NCBI GenBank assembly: GCA_945907755.1
Contig: CAMDTN010000007.1
Coordinates: 856-64,855, forward strand
Source: Singulisphaera sp. GP187
GTDB lineage: Bacteria; Planctomycetota; GCA-002687715
Direction: 5' to 3'
DNA: 64,000 bases
The notes beneath the pieces were generated by a model that saw nothing but the letters and a program-made list of their open reading frames with translations, was not told the DNA's origin and did no database searches. Shown in pieces: positions 29,040 to 38,740 of this stretch (positions are counted from its first letter, which is position 1; the number at the start of each line of letters is the position of its first letter). A program made the translations under genes and the position numbers.

Positions 29040-30011
29040 CTATTGCAGGTTGACGAAGAGCGCGTCTGCATCCGCAGGCGCGCGTTTCAGTTTTCCCGCT
29101 GCCAACATTTGTGCGCCGAGAGTGGCCCAGCGCTCGCGCGTCATCCAGCCGACTTGTGCGGCGCCTGCGCCCTGCGCAGTGATCAGCGGCAATTGCACTT
29201 CGGCCGCGATGTCCATGGCTTCACGGCTCATGGCGGGGTTCAGCTTGGCCAGTATGGCGTTGGTGCTGCGCGGATCGGTGTTGTAGACATTCCAGCCTGC
29301 GCGCAGCGCACGCACAAAGGCCGTCGCTTCGCTTGTGTGCGCCTGCAACCACGCGCGACTGCAGACAACCACTTGCGCGTAGGGGTCGTAACCGCTGTCA
29401 CCCAGCGAGAAAGTGCGCACGGCAATGCCCTGCAAACGCAGTTGCACGGGCTCTGAAGCAATGAAGCCTTGAGTGGCATCGACAGCGCCTGCTGCGAAGG
29501 GTGCCAGTTGCCCGCTGTAAGGCACCAATTCCAGCGCATGGCCGCCAAGTTTGCGGTCGAGTTCAGCAATCCACGGTAGGCCCGGTTCCACCGCGGCCCG
29601 CGCCTTAGAGCGCCACAGTTCTTCCAACGATTGCCACGGGCTGTCGGCGCGCACCACCAACACAAATGGCGAACGCTGAAAGGTTGTGAACAGGGCCACA
29701 AGCTCTGCGCCTTGTTCAGTGAGAGTCAACACTTCTTCAGCTGACACAACGCCGATCTCCACTGATCCTCGCGCGACCAACTGGCCTGCGGGCGTGTTCA
29801 CTGCGCCAGGAATCAGTTGCACATTCAAGCCGGCGTTGCGGAAGCTGCCTCCGGCTTCTGCTGCGTAGAAGCCGCCAAACTCTGGCTCAGGCACCCAATT
29901 CAGTTGCACGCGCACCTGAGTGTGCCCTGCGTTTTCGCTCGAACCAGAATCGGAGCACGCAACTGGCAACAACACCATGGCGCAGAGCAACAGCGTTTGC
30001 AGCGGTTTCAT
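29040..30011 (-). CDS. ABC transporter substrate-binding lipoprotein, NMT1/THI5-like (NitT/TauT family: sulfonate/nitrate/taurine-type)
   Basis: Lipobox LLPVAC. NMT1-like fold signatures. Co-oriented with the downstream permease and ATPase. Confidence 0.85.
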   Translation of the reverse strand: MKPLQTLLLCAMVLLPVACSDSGSSENAGHTQVRVQLNWVPEPEFGGFYAAEAGGSFRNAGLNVQLIPGAVNTPAGQLVARGSVEIGVVSAEEVLTLTEQGAELVALFTTFQRSPFVLVVRADSPWQSLEELWRSKARAAVEPGLPWIAELDRKLGGHALELVPYSGQLAPFAAGAVDATQGFIASEPVQLRLQGIAVRTFSLGDSGYDPYAQVVVCSRAWLQAHTSEATAFVRALRAGWNVYNTDPRSTNAILAKLNPAMSREAMDIAAEVQLPLITAQGAGAAQVGWMTRERWATLGAQMLAAGKLKRAPADADALFVNLQ

Positions 30012-30021
30012 GCTGCGCAGC

Positions 30022-30792
30022 TTAGCGGCTACTCGCGTGCCAGCGCCGCAGCAACAAGTGCCCGATCAAACTGACCACTCCGAATAGGGCGAATCCGGCC
30101 ACGGTGCTGCAGGCCACTGCGGCAAGCACCAAAGCGGTGTTGCCTTCACGCATCGCCGTTTGGATGACCGTGCCGATGGGCGGGTCGGACACGAACGCGC
30201 CGATGAATTCGCCCACCACCGCACCAATCACAGCGAGCCCGGCCGCGATGCGCAAGCCGGTCACTACTTGCGGCAGCGCTGCGGGTAGCTCCAAGCGCCA
30301 CCAGCGCGCGAGCCTGCTGGCACCGCACACGCTGAACAATTCGTGCAGTTTGGGATCGCAAGAGCGGATGCCTTCGAGCGTGTTGGCCAGAACGGGAAAC
30401 ACGGCGACGATGGTGGCGCTTGCAACTACCGTGGGGCGTCCGTAGCCGCACCAGATGACTAATACCGGAGCGATGGCAACGACCGGCACCATTTGCAGCA
30501 GCGTGGCCAGTGGGTAAAGCCCGCGCCGCAAGAATGAACTGAAACTGATGATGCTGCCTGCAACGATGCCGCAGCTTGCCGCCAGAAGGAACCCGAGCAC
30601 CGCCGACAATGCGGTCTGCCCCAGCGCGCGCAACAGCAGCAGCGGCTGTGCCTGTGCCTCGCTTGCGACGGCGAGTGGCGCGGGCAGCACATAGTCGCCG
30701 GGTTGCAGCAACCACACTGCGCACTGCCAGGCAAAGAGCAGTGCAAGCAATACCAGCAGAGGAGGAAGCACCACGCGCAGCGCGCGATTCAT
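30022..30792 (-). CDS. ABC transporter permease (NitT/TauT family, SsuC-like)
   Basis: 256 aa with 6 transmembrane helices and the binding-protein-dependent transport EAA-like loop. 4-nt overlap with the ATPase gene. Confidence 0.85.
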   Translation of the reverse strand: MNRALRVVLPPLLVLLALLFAWQCAVWLLQPGDYVLPAPLAVASEAQAQPLLLLRALGQTALSAVLGFLLAASCGIVAGSIISFSSFLRRGLYPLATLLQMVPVVAIAPVLVIWCGYGRPTVVASATIVAVFPVLANTLEGIRSCDPKLHELFSVCGASRLARWWRLELPAALPQVVTGLRIAAGLAVIGAVVGEFIGAFVSDPPIGTVIQTAMREGNTALVLAAVACSTVAGFALFGVVSLIGHLLLRRWHASSR

Positions 30793-31589
30793 GACGCCAC
30801 TCCATTGGCGTTGTGCAGCGCTTGCACCACGCGCGCGACATCGTGCTGGTGTTCAGCGGAGAAACGCAGCGCGGCACAGCGCTCGCTGGGTGTCGTTTGC
30901 AAATCTGCCACGATGCGGCCACCCGAAGCACCAAGGACACACACGCGGTCTGCAACGAAAGCCGCTTCAGCGGCAGAGTGCGTGACGAGCACTAGGGTCA
31001 GTTTCAAGCGCTCCCAGAGGCGGCGCAGCTCGAGATCCAGTGCGGCGCGACGGATTTCGTCAACTGCAGCGAAGGGTTCGTCCAGCAGCAACAGTTGCGG
31101 CTGCGTCACCAAAGCGCGCGCTAGAGCCACGCGCATTTGCATGCCGCCGCTGAGGGCTGCGGGCAGTTTGGCGGCCGCGTCTTGCAACCCCACCAAACCC
31201 AGTTGTTCAAGCGCCGCGTTGCGCGCCTGCGTTGTCGTTGCACCGCGCAATCGCAGCGGCAGTGCCGCGTTATCCAGCGCGCTCAGCCACGGCAACAGGC
31301 GCGGCTCTTGGAAGCAGAAGGCGGCGGTGAAATCCGCAGCGCGTAGCGCGGTGCCTTCAGGATTGCTGCAAGTGATGCTGCCAGAGGAGGGTTGCAGCAA
31401 CCCGCCCAGCAAGCGCAGCAATGTGGTCTTGCCGCAGCCGCTAGGGCCAACGAGGGCGGTGCAGGACCCTGCGGTGCCGCTCAGCGTGAGGCCGGCGATG
31501 ACTGCGCTGCCAGCGAAATGCACAGCGCAATCTTGCAGCGACCAACTGACGCCAGAAAAAGGTGCGCCGCGCGCTGGAAGTGCATCCAT
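30789..31589 (-). CDS. ABC transporter ATP-binding protein (SsuB/TauB-like)
   Basis: Walker A GPSGCGKTTLL, signature LSGGMQMRVALARAL, Walker B LLLLDEPF. Confidence 0.9.
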   Translation of the reverse strand: MDALPARGAPFSGVSWSLQDCAVHFAGSAVIAGLTLSGTAGSCTALVGPSGCGKTTLLRLLGGLLQPSSGSITCSNPEGTALRAADFTAAFCFQEPRLLPWLSALDNAALPLRLRGATTTQARNAALEQLGLVGLQDAAAKLPAALSGGMQMRVALARALVTQPQLLLLDEPFAAVDEIRRAALDLELRRLWERLKLTLVLVTHSAAEAAFVADRVCVLGASGGRIVADLQTTPSERCAALRFSAEHQHDVARVVQALHNANGVAS

Positions 31590-31614
31590 GCGCGTGGCAG
31601 CGTATCAGGGCGTC

Positions 31615-32361
31615 TCAGCCGTCCTTCTTCTCAGTTGCCGCCGGAGGCTTCGGGCCGGCTTCCTTGGCCTTCGACTCGGCGACTTCAAGTGCCTTTTCAG
31701 CTTCTTCCAAGCGATTGCTCATCTCTTCGATGCTCCTGCGCAGTGCATCGACGCGCATCTTTGCGCCAGCGGTGCCTAGGTGCTCGCCTCTGGTCATCTG
31801 GACCATGTGCTCGCGCATTTGACCGAGGCGCGCTGCCGCAACTTGCCCACGCATGAGCCCGTTCAGCATCGGACGGCCATGTGGAGAAGCCGCAGGTGGC
31901 GTAACGCGTCTGCCGTTGACCCAGACTTCGACGTTGGTGGTGTCGGACTTGGCGGCATCGGCGTCTTGAACTTCGCAGATCACCTCGCACACGCCTTCCG
32001 CGCCCTCGGGGCACTCGGCGCAATCGATTTTCATGCCCTCGGTGACGATCCTCGATTCGCAGCTCTCGCCGAGTTTGAGTTCAGAGCCCTCGACCTTGAT
32101 GCCTTCGAGATTGAGCGTTGCACCGTCGAGATGCATTAGCCTCATTGATTGCGCACTTGTGCTGCTGCCGCCGCTGTCACCAGCTTCAGGCCCGGCCACG
32201 CGAAGGCGGATGGCCTTGGCACCATCGGGAGCGCTAGTTTTCACCGTACGCACACGCACCACCTTGGCATGGGTGGCCTCGGCCGCCGCGGGTTCGGTGG
32301 TGCTGGAACAAGCCGCAAACAAGAGCCCGCAGGCCACCAGTCCAAGTAGCGCATTTTTCAT
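31615..32361 (-). CDS. Lipoprotein of unknown function with coiled-coil C-terminus
   Basis: MKNALLGLVACGLLFAACSS lipobox. GGAG Shine-Dalgarno before ATG 32361 (the ORF-track start at 32580 is an upstream extension). C-terminal EEMSNRLEEAEKALEVAESKAKEA heptad-like segment. Confidence 0.55.
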   Translation of the reverse strand: MKNALLGLVACGLLFAACSSTTEPAAAEATHAKVVRVRTVKTSAPDGAKAIRLRVAGPEAGDSGGSSTSAQSMRLMHLDGATLNLEGIKVEGSELKLGESCESRIVTEGMKIDCAECPEGAEGVCEVICEVQDADAAKSDTTNVEVWVNGRRVTPPAASPHGRPMLNGLMRGQVAAARLGQMREHMVQMTRGEHLGTAGAKMRVDALRRSIEEMSNRLEEAEKALEVAESKAKEAGPKPPAATEKKDG

Positions 32362-32535
32362 CAGGTTTCTCCGTAGGTTCGAGCAGGAAAGGGCACCAGT
32401 CTTCTGCGGTGCCCGGCTGCCGCGACCATGTCGCGATGTGTCCGGGTCGTCAGCGACGGCCTTGCTGGGCCTTACGGGTCGCGCAGGGGCGAGGCTCCAC
32501 GCGGCGGCGCATCCAGTGGCTACCATTGCGCAGCC

Positions 32536-33786
32536 ATGCCCATTCAAAACCCACACGCAGCGCTGTTCGCGCGCATTCATGCCGATTCAACGCGCATGGA
32601 GGCGGACTTGGCTGCTTGGGTGGCAATGGACACCCATAGCGCCAACAAGCAGGGCGTGGACGCGTTGGGAGCGCTGCTGTGCACGCGTCTTGAAGCCATG
32701 GGCTTTCGAGTGGCTGAATTGGTGAACGGTGTGCATGGGCGCACATTGGTGGCACGGCGCGGCCCCCGTCCAACGGATGTTAGTGGTGGCGACGACGGCC
32801 CGCGCAACGCGGCCACGCACCCCATACTGTTGCTGGGGCACATGGACACGGTGCATGCGGCCTCGGCGGGCTTCAATTCCTTGCAGCGCGTGGAAGGCAG
32901 CACGCACGCCAAAGGCGCAGGGGCGGCGGACATGAAGGGCGGGTTGGTAGTTCTGTTGCACGCGTTGGAGGCGTTGCATGCCGAAGGCCTGTTGGATCGC
33001 CGCGCACTCCGCGTGGTGCTGAATGGCGACGAAGAAGTGGGCTCGCCAGCGAGTGGCGAACTGATCCGCGCGGAAGCGACGGATTGCGGCTTGTGCTTGT
33101 GCTTCGAAGCAGGGCGCGTCGCCGATGGCGGCAGCACTTTTGTGACGCGGCGCAAAGGCATGATGCGTTTGAGCGTGCGCGCTCGTGGCCGCAGTGCGCA
33201 TGCGGGAGTGGAACCAAGCCTCGGCGCCAGCGCTGTGCGCGAACTCGCGGGCAAAGTTGGGCCCATCGAAGACCTCGCCGACGCAGCGACGGGCACCACG
33301 GTTTTGGTGGGCACTTTTCATGGCGGCACAGCAGCCAACACGGTTCCCGAAGAAGCCACATTGGATATTGATGTGCGCTTCGATGACGACGATGTGCGCC
33401 AGCAAGTGGAAGACGATTTGCAAGGCATTTTGCGCAAGCCGGTCGTGCGCGATGCTGCGGGGCGGCCGCGCGTGGCCACCACCATTCGCGAGCGCGTGTT
33501 CCGGCCGCCGATGGAAGCGAGCGTAGTTAGCGAGGGTCTTGCGGCAGAATTGGTGCGCCTTGCAGCCGAGCACGGCCAAGTGTTGGTGCCAGAAGCGCGC
33601 GGCGGCAGCAGCGATGCGGCCCTTGCGGCGGATGTCGGTTGCCCCGCGCTGTGCGGTTTGGGTGCTGTGGGCGGCGCATTCCACACCCGCGACGAATGGG
33701 TGGACTTGGCCAGCTTGCCACAGCGCACAGTGTTATTGGCGCGTCTGATTTTGGACCTTGGGCTGGTGCCCGAGCCGCGGAAGTAA
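32536..33786 (+). CDS. M20 family metallopeptidase (carboxypeptidase G2 / ArgE-DapE-like)
   Basis: Metal-binding motifs …LLLGHMDTVH…, …GAADMKGG…, …NGDEEVGS…, …HAGVEPS… typical of the M20 family. Start at ATG 32536. Confidence 0.85.
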   Translation: MPIQNPHAALFARIHADSTRMEADLAAWVAMDTHSANKQGVDALGALLCTRLEAMGFRVAELVNGVHGRTLVARRGPRPTDVSGGDDGPRNAATHPILLLGHMDTVHAASAGFNSLQRVEGSTHAKGAGAADMKGGLVVLLHALEALHAEGLLDRRALRVVLNGDEEVGSPASGELIRAEATDCGLCLCFEAGRVADGGSTFVTRRKGMMRLSVRARGRSAHAGVEPSLGASAVRELAGKVGPIEDLADAATGTTVLVGTFHGGTAANTVPEEATLDIDVRFDDDDVRQQVEDDLQGILRKPVVRDAAGRPRVATTIRERVFRPPMEASVVSEGLAAELVRLAAEHGQVLVPEARGGSSDAALAADVGCPALCGLGAVGGAFHTRDEWVDLASLPQRTVLLARLILDLGLVPEPRK

Positions 33787-33790
33787 TGCC

Positions 33791-35032
33791 ATGACGCAGC
33801 AACGACTGTTCATTGCAGATTCCCGCAAGCTGGATTTCTTGGACGAAGGCAGCGTGCAACTGGTGGTCACTTCGCCGCCGTACTGGCAGTTGAAGGATTA
33901 CGGTTTCCGCGAGCAGATTGGTTTCGAACAGGATTACGCGGCGTACTGCGCCGACATGGCGCAAGTGTGGGCTGAATGCCTACGAGTGTTGGCCCCGGGT
34001 TGTCGCTTGTGCGTGAATGTCGGCGATCAGTTTGCGCGCGCGCGCATCTATGGCCGCTACCGCGTTTTTCCCATTCACGCCGATGTGATCACTGCGGCGG
34101 TGGCATTGGGCTTCGATTTCCTTGGCAGCATTATTTGGCGCAAACTCACCAACACGCACAGCTCAGGCGGTGGCGTGGTGATGGGTTCGTATCCGTACCC
34201 GCGCAACGGCATCGTGCGCTTCGACTATGAACACATTCTGATGTTCAAGAAGCCGGGGGAATCGCCGCCGCCTTCGAAGAGCGCCAAAGCGAAATCTGCG
34301 TTGACTGCCGCAGAGTGGAAAGAGTTTTTCTCAGGGCACTGGACCATCCCAGGGGCTCGCAGCGAAAAACACCTCGCGCCCTTCCCGCAAGAATTGCCCG
34401 AACGCTTGATCCGCATGTTCAGCTTCAGTGGCGAAACGGTGTTGGACCCATTTGTGGGCAGCGGCACTACGCTTGCGGCGGCGAATGCGTTTGGTCGGGC
34501 AGGTATTGGCGTGGACATCGACCCATCCAGCGAAGCGCACGTGCGCGAGAAACTCTCCGGCCCCGAAGGTGGCGGGCTCTTCGAGCGCGTGGAGTTGGTG
34601 GTGGAGCAGCGTATTGCCGCGCGCCCAGCGGCACCTGCGGACGGTGCATTTTTCGGAGCTGTGGTAAGCAAGAAGGATCGCGGCAAACAGCGCTTTGTCG
34701 GTGTGCGTGATCGCGTGGCCGAAATCCTCGGCCCGAATCGCTTTGTCACTAAGGCGGGGCGCAGTGTGATGCTCTTGGGCACCGCTCCAAAGACAGGCAA
34801 GCAAACCGCGGCGATGAAACGACTGGAAGCCTTGCTGAAGGGCCACGCCTTGGTGCTGACAGACCGCCGCAAAGCGCCATTCGACGAAACGGACGGCGCG
34901 GCCTATGTGCACTTGGACAACCGGACTTTCGTGAACAGCCGCATGATTCGCGAAGGTTTGCTGCAGCCGGATGCCGCAGACAGTGCCCATCATCACGCCG
35001 CGAAGTTCCGCAAAGACGCGGGCCTCGGCTAA
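33791..35032 (+). CDS. Beta-class N4-cytosine/N6-adenine DNA methyltransferase (no restriction partner nearby) fused to a C-terminal degenerate staphylococcal-nuclease (SNase)-like domain
   Basis: Motif IV TSPPY precedes motif I DPFVGSGTT (beta-class order). C-terminal ~150 aa align to SNase (VMLLGTAPKT versus FRLLLVDTPE; AAYVHLDNRTFVNSRMIREGLL versus [21 protein letters not shown]) but lack the catalytic D/E/R residues. No restriction endonuclease gene adjacent. Confidence 0.85.
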   Translation: MTQQRLFIADSRKLDFLDEGSVQLVVTSPPYWQLKDYGFREQIGFEQDYAAYCADMAQVWAECLRVLAPGCRLCVNVGDQFARARIYGRYRVFPIHADVITAAVALGFDFLGSIIWRKLTNTHSSGGGVVMGSYPYPRNGIVRFDYEHILMFKKPGESPPPSKSAKAKSALTAAEWKEFFSGHWTIPGARSEKHLAPFPQELPERLIRMFSFSGETVLDPFVGSGTTLAAANAFGRAGIGVDIDPSSEAHVREKLSGPEGGGLFERVELVVEQRIAARPAAPADGAFFGAVVSKKDRGKQRFVGVRDRVAEILGPNRFVTKAGRSVMLLGTAPKTGKQTAAMKRLEALLKGHALVLTDRRKAPFDETDGAAYVHLDNRTFVNSRMIREGLLQPDAADSAHHHAAKFRKDAGLG

Positions 35033-35043
35033 CATCCGCACCC

Positions 35044-36144
35044 ATGGCCACACCAGAAGCGCAACCAGCTCAAACGGGAATGCTGCGCCGCATCCTCGCG
35101 TTCGGGCTGCTGGCTTTAGTCGTTGTGCTGACATCGATGATCGTCGCGCCGTTTTTGGCGGGGCTGTTGTGGGCGATCATCCTCAGCCTTGTGCTCTGGC
35201 CGCTGCATCAGGGCGTGCGGCGCTTGATGCCAGCTCCGTTGTGGTTGGCGCCGACAGTGACCACCTCTGTGATGACGCTGATGTTGGTAGTGCCGGTGGT
35301 GGTTGTGTGCGTCATCGTAGTTAACGAAGCCTCGCAGTTGATCCGCCAATTGCAAGATTTGCTCGAAGGCCGCACCGGCGACTTGGTCGGCGTGCTGCGC
35401 AGTTTGCCCGTGGTGGGCGAGAACCTCGCTGACGGGCTATTAGATCTGCGCTCGCAAGGCACCATCGTTCCGGCGGTGGTCAACGCGAATAAGAATGAGT
35501 TGGTGGCGTTTGTGGGCCGCGTCATCGGAGGGTTGTCGCGCAATTTGTTCGAGCTCACCATTTGCGTGGTCACCAGTTGGTTCTTCTTCCGCAACGGCGA
35601 AGACCTTGCGGGGCAAGCGCAGCGCGCCATTGCGCGTGCGGGCGGTACCTATGCCAGCGCGTTCATCCCCGCCATTCGCAACACGCTGCGCGCAGTGGTT
35701 TACGGGCTTGTCGTTACCGCCGCCGCCCAAGGTGTGCTGATGGCGGTGGGCCTGTGGGTGGCAGATGTGCCCTATCCGCTGTTGTTGGGCTTACTGACCT
35801 TCTTGCTGTCGTTCGCGCCCTTCGGCGTGGTCTTTGTATGGCTCGGCAGCGGCATCGCTTTGCTGTCCGAAGAACGCACGTTGGCCGGCGTGCTGCTGAT
35901 CCTCTACGGGTTCCTCGTGGTCAGCAGCATCGACAATGTCCTGCGCCCGATCTTCATTGGGCGCGCGGCCAAACTGCCCTTCTTGCTGGTGTTCATCGCC
36001 ATTCTGGGCGGCATTTCCAGCTTCGGATTGGTGGGCTTGTTCCTTGGGCCCGTCGTTGTGGCCGTTGCGCTAACTCTGTGGCGCACTTGGGTGCAAACCC
36101 GCGAGGCACCGACGGATGCGCCGTCAACGACTGCAGGTCAGTGA
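35044..36144 (+). CDS. AI-2E family transporter (PerM/TqsA/YdiK-like, UPF0118)
   Basis: 366 aa with 8 transmembrane helices and a family-typical central loop. Confidence 0.85.
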   Translation: MATPEAQPAQTGMLRRILAFGLLALVVVLTSMIVAPFLAGLLWAIILSLVLWPLHQGVRRLMPAPLWLAPTVTTSVMTLMLVVPVVVVCVIVVNEASQLIRQLQDLLEGRTGDLVGVLRSLPVVGENLADGLLDLRSQGTIVPAVVNANKNELVAFVGRVIGGLSRNLFELTICVVTSWFFFRNGEDLAGQAQRAIARAGGTYASAFIPAIRNTLRAVVYGLVVTAAAQGVLMAVGLWVADVPYPLLLGLLTFLLSFAPFGVVFVWLGSGIALLSEERTLAGVLLILYGFLVVSSIDNVLRPIFIGRAAKLPFLLVFIAILGGISSFGLVGLFLGPVVVAVALTLWRTWVQTREAPTDAPSTTAGQ

Positions 36145-36212
36145 CGTGTCCGCACTGCGGTGACCATAGTTTGGGCGCTTCCGCCGAGCGGCTTGCGCCG
36201 GAGATTGTTGCA

Positions 36213-36785
36213 ATGGGAATCAAAGTTGTTGATGTGCGCAAAGGCATGGTTGTTATCTACAACGGCGAATTGCACCTCGTGTTGGAATTCGAACATCACA
36301 CGCCCGGCAACTTGCGCGCGGTGAATCAACTGAAGATGCGCAATTTGAAATCTGGCGCCAGCGTGCAGCAACGCATGAGCAGCGGCGAAATCTTGGAGCA
36401 AGCATTCTTAGATCAGCGCAAGTGCCAATACCTCTATCGCGATCAGGGCACTGGGCACTATGTGTTCATGGACCTCGAAACGTTTGACCAACACGAACTG
36501 ATCGAAGCGCTGATTGCCGACAAGATCCATTTCGTGAAAGAGAACCAAGAAGTTGTGGTCACTTTTCATGATGGCCTTGCGCTGGGACTGGAGCTGCCGT
36601 CGTCGGTGGTGCTCACTATCAAAGAAGCCGAAGGCGCTGCACGTGGCAACACCGTGAACAACACCTTTAAGAATGCTGTCACCGAAACGGGCCTGACTTT
36701 GAAGGTGCCGTCGTTCATCGAAGCAGGGGAGTTGGTGAAAGTCTCTACCGAGACCGGCGAGTTTCAGGGGCGCGCCAAGGCCTGA
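36213..36785 (+). CDS. Elongation factor P-like protein (EfpL/YeiP-type paralog)
   Basis: 191 aa. GGAG Shine-Dalgarno 9 nt before the ATG. Aligns better to E. coli YeiP than to EF-P (KGMVVIYNGELHLV / HYVFMDLETF / LGLELPSSVVLTIKEAEGAARG / GEFQGRA). The loop has Arg at the YeiP R33 position (TPGNLRA) rather than EF-P Lys34. Confidence 0.85.
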   Translation: MGIKVVDVRKGMVVIYNGELHLVLEFEHHTPGNLRAVNQLKMRNLKSGASVQQRMSSGEILEQAFLDQRKCQYLYRDQGTGHYVFMDLETFDQHELIEALIADKIHFVKENQEVVVTFHDGLALGLELPSSVVLTIKEAEGAARGNTVNNTFKNAVTETGLTLKVPSFIEAGELVKVSTETGEFQGRAKA

Positions 36786-36789
36786 GCTC

Positions 36790-38697
36790 ATGAATGCAGA
36801 GGCGCCCTTCTTCTCCGCGCCGGGTTGTCGCGTCCAGCAACTGGATGCCGAAATCTGGCAAGCGTGGAGCCCGACGGAAGTGCTCATCTGCTCTGCGGCT
36901 GTGCGCTTGTTGCAAGGCACGGTGGGGCCGGGCGTGGCGGTGTATCGACGTACAGATTTCTGGGCAGCGCCACAGTTTTGGCAGCAAACTGCGCAGATTC
37001 CCGACCGCTCCATGCTGCTGCTGTGGCAAGAGGGCACGCGTTATGCAGCGTTGTTGCCGCTGACTGGGCGCGATGCGCGCGTGGAGCTTGCGGCTCGCGG
37101 CGACGGTGTGTTCGCGCTGGTGCAGACCTGCCACGACGAGACTTTCGAACAGGCGGTGCCGCTGGCCATCGGCGGGCGCGGCGACAATCCGTATGCGTTG
37201 ATTGAGCGCTTGTTTGATCACGCGGCGCGCTTGATCGGCACTTGTCGGCGGCGCGACCAAAAGCTGGTGCCAGAGTGGACGCGGCGTATTGGCTGGTGCT
37301 CGTGGAATGCGTTCGGCGTGAAGGTGAACGAGGCGGACATGCGCAGCGCCATTGCCAGCTTCGAAGGCGCGCCTGTGCAGTTGGGCTACATGTTGTTGGA
37401 TGACGGCTGGCAGGATGCCGATGCCGAAGGGCGTTTGCTGTCTTGCGAGCCCAACGCCAAGTTCCCGCGTGGGCTTGCACCGCTGATTCACGAGGCGAAA
37501 CGCCGCTTGGGCCTGCGGCATTTCGGCGTGTGGCACGCATGGCAAGGCTATTGGAAAGGCGTTAGCCCTGATGGGCCGATTGCGAAAGAGTATCGCGTGT
37601 TGCCCAACGGTTTGCTGCACCCCACCGAGTGGGCGCGTTTCTACGACAACTTTTATGCGCAGCTTGCGCGTGCCGGTGTGGATTTCACCAAGGCCGACAA
37701 CCAGAATTACACAGGGGCGCTGCTGCGCGAGCATTACGCGCATGTGTCGGGCATGCACCTTTTGCGCGATGGCGTCGAGGCCGCTTCTGCACGCTGGCTC
37801 AACAGCACTTTGCTGAACTGCATGTCGCAAGAGAGCACAGTGCTGTACCAACTGTGGCACACCAATGTGCTGCGCAACTCGGATGACTTTTACCCCGATC
37901 GTGCCGGCAACCCTGAAGAGCACATCTTGCAGAATGCGTGGAACGCGCTGTGGTGTCGCACCCTCGCTATTCCGGACTGGGACATGTTCCAATCACATCA
38001 CGCGCAGGCTGCGTGGCACGCGGCAGCGCGGGCGGTGAGTGGCGGGCCCATCACCATCACCGATACGCCGGGCAAGCAAGATTGGGAATTGCTGGGGAAG
38101 TTGGTGTTTCCCGATGGGCGTTTGCCGCATTTGGATGACCACGCGGTGCCGACGCGGCGCTGCTTGTTGCAAGATCCACGCGAAGGCGCGCCACTGGTTA
38201 TTTGGAATCGCAGTGGCGCTGCGCGCATCGCTGCTTGTTTCGACATTTCAGGGAAGGGCGGCATGTGCAACATCGGCCCGCGGGATCTTGAGTTCGCGGG
38301 CGAAGGGGCGCCGCAGGGTTATGCGCTGCTGTCGCAACAGCGCGGTTGGCTGGGTGCGCTGGGGCTGGACGACACCATTGACATCGAGCTTGCGCCGTCA
38401 GGCTTTGATGTGCTGACGATGGTGCCAGTGCACGAGGGCATTGCAGCCTTTGGTGTGGAGCACGCGTTCAATCCGCCGGGCTGGTTAGGTGCGCAAAGTT
38501 TGACGCGCGATGGTGGTGCGCTGCATTGGAATGCAGAGCTGCGAGCCACTGCGCCGATTGTGCTGGGCGTGTTGCATCAAGCGGCGTGGGTCAAATTGAA
38601 CGGCAAAGAGGTGCCGTTCTCGCAGTCGGGGCCCTTGGTGCGCGTCGACATGCCACGCACGAGTGTGCCCGGAGTGATCGATCTGCGTTTGCACTAG
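36790..38697 (+). CDS. Raffinose-synthase/Sip1-like glycoside hydrolase family 36-related protein
   Basis: GWCSWNAFGVKVNEADMRSAI…VQLGYMLLDDGWQ core motifs of the raffinose synthase / GH36 superfamily. 635 aa. Confidence 0.75.
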   Translation: MNAEAPFFSAPGCRVQQLDAEIWQAWSPTEVLICSAAVRLLQGTVGPGVAVYRRTDFWAAPQFWQQTAQIPDRSMLLLWQEGTRYAALLPLTGRDARVELAARGDGVFALVQTCHDETFEQAVPLAIGGRGDNPYALIERLFDHAARLIGTCRRRDQKLVPEWTRRIGWCSWNAFGVKVNEADMRSAIASFEGAPVQLGYMLLDDGWQDADAEGRLLSCEPNAKFPRGLAPLIHEAKRRLGLRHFGVWHAWQGYWKGVSPDGPIAKEYRVLPNGLLHPTEWARFYDNFYAQLARAGVDFTKADNQNYTGALLREHYAHVSGMHLLRDGVEAASARWLNSTLLNCMSQESTVLYQLWHTNVLRNSDDFYPDRAGNPEEHILQNAWNALWCRTLAIPDWDMFQSHHAQAAWHAAARAVSGGPITITDTPGKQDWELLGKLVFPDGRLPHLDDHAVPTRRCLLQDPREGAPLVIWNRSGAARIAACFDISGKGGMCNIGPRDLEFAGEGAPQGYALLSQQRGWLGALGLDDTIDIELAPSGFDVLTMVPVHEGIAAFGVEHAFNPPGWLGAQSLTRDGGALHWNAELRATAPIVLGVLHQAAWVKLNGKEVPFSQSGPLVRVDMPRTSVPGVIDLRLH

Positions 38698-38740
38698 GCC
38701 ACTGCCACGCGCAGCGCCCGGCGCCGCGCGCAAGCAGCAA

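Noticed and set aside
32587-33684. 365-aa minus-strand ORF
   Set aside because: Antisense to the M20 peptidase, whose family motifs are clear. It is a shadow ORF.
36745-37992. 415-aa minus-strand ORF, plus 36408..37037 and 36884..37540
   Set aside because: Antisense shadows of the GH36/raffinose-synthase-like gene. No domain signatures.
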